A DNA stretch of 64,000 bases, taken from positions 7,729 to 71,728 of the forward strand of contig JBBRNB010000009.1 of NCBI GenBank assembly GCA_038230535.1, read 5' to 3'. Made by a program: the position numbers and the translations under genes. Positions 59,538-64,000 of this stretch are shown here, piece after piece. Within the stretch, counting starts at the first letter, position 1, and each line of letters begins with the position of its first letter. The stretch is from Thermoanaerobaculia bacterium. Lineage in GTDB: Bacteria; Acidobacteriota; Thermoanaerobaculia; Gp7-AA8. The notes under the pieces are model-generated. The model saw nothing but the letters and a program-made list of their open reading frames with translations, had not been told where the DNA came from and ran no database searches.

Positions 59538-59635
59538 AGTGGATCAGTGGATTCGCAGATCAGTGGATTAGTGGCTCAGAAAGCGTTTTGGTTCTGATCC
59601 ACTGATCCACTGACCCACGAACCCACTGATCCACT
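59538..59635. repeat. Palindromic 8-mer cassette (AGTGGATC / GATCCACT)
   Basis: agtggatcagtggattcgcagatcagtggattagtggctcagaa ... ttctgatccactgatccactgacccacgaacccactgatccact. Confidence 0.85.
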
Positions 59636-61325
59636 ACAAATCAATCTTCTGCGACACCACGCCGACGTGATCCGTCAGCTCGTCTCGCACCGCCACCACC
59701 ACCCGGTAAGTCCCTCTTGCCAACGCCAGCGGCGGGATCGTGACGGTCATTGGGCCGGTGGCTGATTCGTTCGGCAGGATGGAGATATCGGCGAACGACT
59801 TTGCCAACGTGATGTTACGGCCGTCCGGATCGAAGATGGAGACGTAGACGTGGAGCCGGGTACGCGAGCCGCGCGCGTCAGTGATGTACTGCAGCGACTC
59901 CATCGACATCGCCGCCTTGATTGGCACGAGGGCGACGATGCCGCGGTACTTTGGCTCCCCGAAGATCAGCGACACCCCCATCGTCGACGGTTGCATGAAT
60001 GCGCCGAGCACGGAACGAAGTGCGCGGGTCATCTGCAGGTCGGTGGACACGCTGGAGTAGCCCTCGCGGTACTGGAGCTGATAGTCCCGGTGCCCTTTTA
60101 CATGTACAGCCAGGCGGTGGTAGCGCTCGTCCTCGGGATGTTGCGGGACGTAGCCGAGCGAATAGAACGTGGCAGAGCGGCGGTCGAAGTCGGCGAACGA
60201 CTCGTCGATGCGGTTGCCCGGCATGTACGCGCCGCCGGTCTGTCTGGCCAGCCAGAACATCGGCGACGTATTGAACGTGTTCGATGAGGTGCGCGGCGCA
60301 TCGCTCATCGCGGTCACGGTCTCCTGCACCGGCATTTCCAGCCCCTCCGCGGAAATGATGTAAATGCTCGTATTCGACGCATTTGCCTCGCGCACGAGTT
60401 TCTCGCGCATGTTGTCCAGCTCATTGTCTTCGCTGACCACTTCCCCCACGTGGCCGCCCACCGCCGGGTCGGGCGTGGATCGATTGAAGGGCGAGAGCGT
60501 TCCGAGCGGCAGGTATCCGGTGACGAGAAGAATGATCTTTCTTCCCTCGCTGCTTCCGAACGCGCGCGCTGCATCGACGAGTGCGTCGGTCGACGAGTGC
60601 GCCGAGATCATCTGCTCGTTGAGCGACGTCTCGTCTTCAAAAGAGTTGATTGTGGCCGTCGACCCCCACGTGGCCGGGTAATTGATTTGTTCGGCCTGGA
60701 CCGTTGGGAAGGCCGCCGAGCTGTTGAAGTCAGCGTGCTCGATGGGCGTTCGGATGGCTTTGCGGGTTCCGCTGTGCCGGATATCGGTGACCACGGCATG
60801 CAGAGTCTTCTTATCCGAGGTCATCGGAAGCAGCACATGGACGCGGCTGTCGATCGTCGCGATCGACCACTCGTAGCGGCCGTCGTCAAAATGCTCATTG
60901 ACGAAGTTCTCCAACCGGTCGAGAGCGACGTTGCGGCCGTGTGGCGTGGTATTGAGGTTGTCGATCAGCACGAGTACTTTGCGGCGGAAGCGTTCCGGTG
61001 AAAGCGTGAGCGTTGGGTTTGTCGCTGTCGTGGCTGCCTCGGGATGCGCATCGCTGCGAGCCTGGGCGCCATCGACGGAGTAGAAGTTCGAGATCGGCTG
61101 CGGCTTGCCGTCTTCGAGGATCTCGAAATCGTTGCGCGTGAGGCCCGGTACCGGCTTGCCGTGACGATCGGTGACTGTTACATCGACGTTGACCACCGAT
61201 ACGTCGATCTTCTCGACGAGCGGCGCCGGTGCCGCCACCGGTTCCTGCGGCGACTGTTGCGAAGGCTGCTGCGATTGCGAAGAAACAGCGAACAGCAGGG
61301 CGGCCGCAACGATCGTCACACGCAT
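59634..61325 (-). CDS. VWA-domain protein (Acidobacteria-type VWFA-related), secreted
   Basis: Signal peptide; VVNVDVTVTD..G.PV.GL...DFEI.EDGK.Q.I..F; GRK......G; LA..TGG; YSLGY.P; R.GY. Confidence 0.85.
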   Translation of the reverse strand: MRVTIVAAALLFAVSSQSQQPSQQSPQEPVAAPAPLVEKIDVSVVNVDVTVTDRHGKPVPGLTRNDFEILEDGKPQPISNFYSVDGAQARSDAHPEAATTATNPTLTLSPERFRRKVLVLIDNLNTTPHGRNVALDRLENFVNEHFDDGRYEWSIATIDSRVHVLLPMTSDKKTLHAVVTDIRHSGTRKAIRTPIEHADFNSSAAFPTVQAEQINYPATWGSTATINSFEDETSLNEQMISAHSSTDALVDAARAFGSSEGRKIILLVTGYLPLGTLSPFNRSTPDPAVGGHVGEVVSEDNELDNMREKLVREANASNTSIYIISAEGLEMPVQETVTAMSDAPRTSSNTFNTSPMFWLARQTGGAYMPGNRIDESFADFDRRSATFYSLGYVPQHPEDERYHRLAVHVKGHRDYQLQYREGYSSVSTDLQMTRALRSVLGAFMQPSTMGVSLIFGEPKYRGIVALVPIKAAMSMESLQYITDARGSRTRLHVYVSIFDPDGRNITLAKSFADISILPNESATGPMTVTIPPLALARGTYRVVVAVRDELTDHVGVVSQKIDL

Positions 61326-61347
61326 GGATTCGTTCTCTAGCGCTCGG

Positions 61348-63408
61348 TCACCATACCTGGCACGCCTTTGTTCGCACCATCGGCGAGCCGGCGCTGCAGT
61401 TGAATGCCTTCTGGAACTGGGGCAGGTCGGAGACGATGCCGTTGATGCGGTACTTGCCAGGCGAGTGTGGATTGGTGATGGCGTTGGCGCGAAGGTTCTC
61501 AGGCCGCTGGTTCTCACATGCCCACTGCGCGAAGCCGACGAAGAAGCGCTGATCAGGTGTGAAGCCGTCGGTGGGCGCCGTATCGTTGGGGTCGGCCGCC
61601 TTCCAGGCGACGTAAGCCAGCAGTGTCCCGCCGAGGTCCGCGACGTCTTCGCCCGAGGTGAGCTTCGAGTTGATCTTGATGTCGTCGACGATCGTGTACT
61701 GCGCGTACTGGTCGCGCACGCAGCCGATGCGCTCTTCGAACGCTTTGGCGTCTTCGGGGGTCCACCAGTCCTTCAGATTTCCCTGCGCATCGAACTGGCG
61801 GCCTTCGTCGTCGAAGGCGTGCGTCAGTTCGTGACCGATTGTCGAGCCGGTGTTGCCGTAGTTCGGGGCGTCGTCGAGCTTCGCGTCATACAGCGGCGGC
61901 TGCAGCACGCCTGCCGGGAAGTTGATGTCGTTCATCTGCGGGTTGTAGTAGGCGTTCACGGTTGGCGGCGTCATGCCCCACTCGTTGCGGTCGACCGGCT
62001 TTCCGATCTTTGCCAGATCGCGATTCGATTCGAACAGCGTCGCCCGCGTGGCGTTGCCATAGAAGTCGCCGCGAACGACGTTCAGCGTGCTGTAGTCACG
62101 CCAGCGTTCGGGGTAACCGACCTTGTTGGCGACGGCGTGGAGTTTCTCGAGGGCGCGCTCCTTCGTCGCCGGCGTCATCCAGTCGAGACTCTTGATCTCC
62201 ACCTCCATGGCCGTCTCGATGCGCTTGGTCATGTCGACCGTCTTCGCTTTCGTCTCGGGAGTGAAGGTGCGCAGCACGAACTCCTGCCCGAGCGCTTCGC
62301 CGAGGTCGCGGTCGACGTATTGAACGCAGCGCTTCCAGCGCGGAGCCATCGACTTCACGCCGCGGAGCGTCTTGCGGTAGAAGTTGAAATCCTCTTCCAC
62401 GAACTTCTTCGAGAGATAGGGAGCGCTGGAGTGAACGGCATGCCAGCGGAAGTAGCTCTTCCAATCGGCCAGCGGAACCGTGGTCAGCTCCTTCTGCACA
62501 GCGGCGAAGAACTTCGGCTCGGTGACGTTGAGGGTTTGCACGTTGCCGATCAGGCCGGTCGTGGACAGATAGGGCTTCCACTCAAACGCAGGCGAGATCT
62601 TCGAGAGAGCCTCCACCGTCATCTTGTGCGCCAGCTTGTAAGGATCGCGGCGCTCGACTCGGGTTAGAGAGGCTTTTGCCAGCGCGGCCTCGATGCGCAT
62701 CACCGTGGCCGCATCCTTCTTCGCTTCGGCCTTCGACTCGCCGATCAGCGACAGCATCGCCGCCACGTGAGACAGGTACTTCTCGCGGATCTCTTTCGAT
62801 TTCGCATCCGTCTTCAGGTAGTAGTCGCGATCCGGCAGCGCCAGTCCGCCCGCGCTGGCTTCAGCGATCACATGCGAAGCATCGCTGTAGTCCTGCGTCG
62901 AGCCGAAGCCGAAGAGCCAGCCGCTCCCGCTCGAGCGGAGATGCTGGTGCGCCAGAAACGCTCCCAGGCCGGATTTCGCCTTCAGGCCGGCGATCTCTTT
63001 CAGCAGCGGCTGCAGCGGCGCTGCTCCCAGTTTTTCGACGTGCTCCTCATCGGTACACGCATCGAAGAAGTCGCCGATCTTCTGCTGCACAGCCGTGCGG
63101 TCAGCGCGCGGCTTGGAGGCATCGAGGAGGATGCCCCAGAGGTACTCCTCGTTTTCTTCGGTGACTTTGCCGTAGACACTCCACGCCGCCTGGTCGGGCG
63201 GGATGGGGTTGTTCTTCATCCAGCCGCCGCAAGAATACTGGTAGAAGTCCGCGCACGGGTTTGCCGTGCGGTCCATCGACGGGATGTCGAGGCTTGGTGT
63301 ATATGGAAGCGCGGAGAGCGGATGTGCCGCCGGCGCGGGCGCTGGATTCTGCTGCGCGAGCAACGTCGAGGCGGCGAGGAAAAGGGCGACCGTGGCAACT
63401 CTCTTCAT
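61348..63408 (-). CDS. M13 family metalloendopeptidase (neprilysin/PepO-like)
   Basis: PC.DFYQY.CGGW, VNAYY, FPAG.LQPP, GHELTH, GEDVAD, HSP...R.NG. Confidence 0.96.
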   Translation of the reverse strand: MKRVATVALFLAASTLLAQQNPAPAPAAHPLSALPYTPSLDIPSMDRTANPCADFYQYSCGGWMKNNPIPPDQAAWSVYGKVTEENEEYLWGILLDASKPRADRTAVQQKIGDFFDACTDEEHVEKLGAAPLQPLLKEIAGLKAKSGLGAFLAHQHLRSSGSGWLFGFGSTQDYSDASHVIAEASAGGLALPDRDYYLKTDAKSKEIREKYLSHVAAMLSLIGESKAEAKKDAATVMRIEAALAKASLTRVERRDPYKLAHKMTVEALSKISPAFEWKPYLSTTGLIGNVQTLNVTEPKFFAAVQKELTTVPLADWKSYFRWHAVHSSAPYLSKKFVEEDFNFYRKTLRGVKSMAPRWKRCVQYVDRDLGEALGQEFVLRTFTPETKAKTVDMTKRIETAMEVEIKSLDWMTPATKERALEKLHAVANKVGYPERWRDYSTLNVVRGDFYGNATRATLFESNRDLAKIGKPVDRNEWGMTPPTVNAYYNPQMNDINFPAGVLQPPLYDAKLDDAPNYGNTGSTIGHELTHAFDDEGRQFDAQGNLKDWWTPEDAKAFEERIGCVRDQYAQYTIVDDIKINSKLTSGEDVADLGGTLLAYVAWKAADPNDTAPTDGFTPDQRFFVGFAQWACENQRPENLRANAITNPHSPGKYRINGIVSDLPQFQKAFNCSAGSPMVRTKACQVW

Positions 63409-63476
63409 ACCGTGCAGTCTACCGGCCCTCGGCGTCACAACCTTGTTACAATCAGAGTTTCCCACCAGGAGGGCCT

Positions 63477-64000
63477 ATGGCCGATCTGTCGACGACGTTT
63501 ACCGGAATCCGTTTCGAGAATCCGTTTCTGCTGGCGTCAGCTCCGCCGACGGAATCGGACTCCAACATCATGCGTGCCTTCGAGGCCGGGTGGGGCGGGG
63601 TGGTGACGAAGACGATCGGTCTGCATCCGGTTGTGAACGTGAAGGGTCCGAAGACGAAGTTCCTTCGTTCCGAGGACGGCGGTACACGCCTTTCCATGAC
63701 GAAGCGCCCTGGCACCACGGTCATGGCCTCGTGGAACTGGGAGCTGATCTCCGACAAGCCGCTCGACTGGTGGATCGGCAAGCTGGCAGCGATCAAGAAG
63801 GCGTACCCGAAGAACGTCATCGTCGCCTCGATCATGGCCGGCTCCGGCAACGACAAGGAGCTGAACAACTGGCAGACACTGGCCAAGGCCTGCCAGGACG
63901 AAGGGGCTGACGCGCTGGAGCTGAATTTCTCCTGCCCGCATATGGACCGCGTCGACATGGGCTCCAACGTCGGCAAGGACAAAGTGCTCTGCTCCGTCGT
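63477..64000 (+). CDS. preA: NAD-dependent dihydropyrimidine dehydrogenase subunit PreA (3' truncated by window; absent from ORF track)
   Basis: MADLSTTFTGIRFENPFLLASAPPT...RAFEAGWGGVVTKT...NWELISD...ASIM...ELNFSCPH. Confidence 0.9.
   Translation, partial: MADLSTTFTGIRFENPFLLASAPPTESDSNIMRAFEAGWGGVVTKTIGLHPVVNVKGPKTKFLRSEDGGTRLSMTKRPGTTVMASWNWELISDKPLDWWIGKLAAIKKAYPKNVIVASIMAGSGNDKELNNWQTLAKACQDEGADALELNFSCPHMDRVDMGSNVGKDKVLCSV

Noticed and set aside
61326-61517. Extended N-terminus of the VWA protein
   Set aside because: It overlaps the M13 peptidase; the signal peptide begins at MRVTIV (61325).

Overview
GC-rich bacterial chromosomal window. The gene repertoire (alternative complex III with a caa3 oxidase, an Acidobacteria-type VWA protein, large secreted beta-rich proteins, Uma2 paralogs) suggests Acidobacteriota, possibly Thermoanaerobaculia; this is inference, not a database result. 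Main blocks in order: tonB-exbB-exbD-exbD; ppk1 and sixA; a divergent pair of citrate-synthase-family genes (one fused to an HTH) around a palindromic operator; VIT1, rfbB and MATE; the complete actABCDEFG-sco-ctaCDEF respiratory operon plus a 55-aa membrane ORF; a degenerate ECF-sigma and ChrR-cupin pair; a TPP-riboswitch-controlled TonB-dependent receptor-pnuC-NadR-like kinase operon; a small decayed island (LCCL fragment, DUF4160/DUF2442 pair, integron-integrase remnant); gluQ, a desaturase, cstA and a P450; and an alpha-glucan cluster (GH57, malQ, glgB, debranching enzyme) preceded by a glgE/maltokinase deletion scar. The window ends with VWA, M13 peptidase and a partial preA. No rRNA, tRNA or CRISPR array was seen. 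The most notable non-standard signals are: (1) a candidate enzyme-derived transcription factor (HTH-citrate synthase) with a visible operator; (2) palindromic cassettes built from 7-, 8- and 9-mer simple repeats, plus several REP families, which sit between genes and also in-frame inside proteins; (3) pervasive TANNNT-N6/7-start leaderless promoters. All family assignments come from motif recognition, and many start codons are best guesses.
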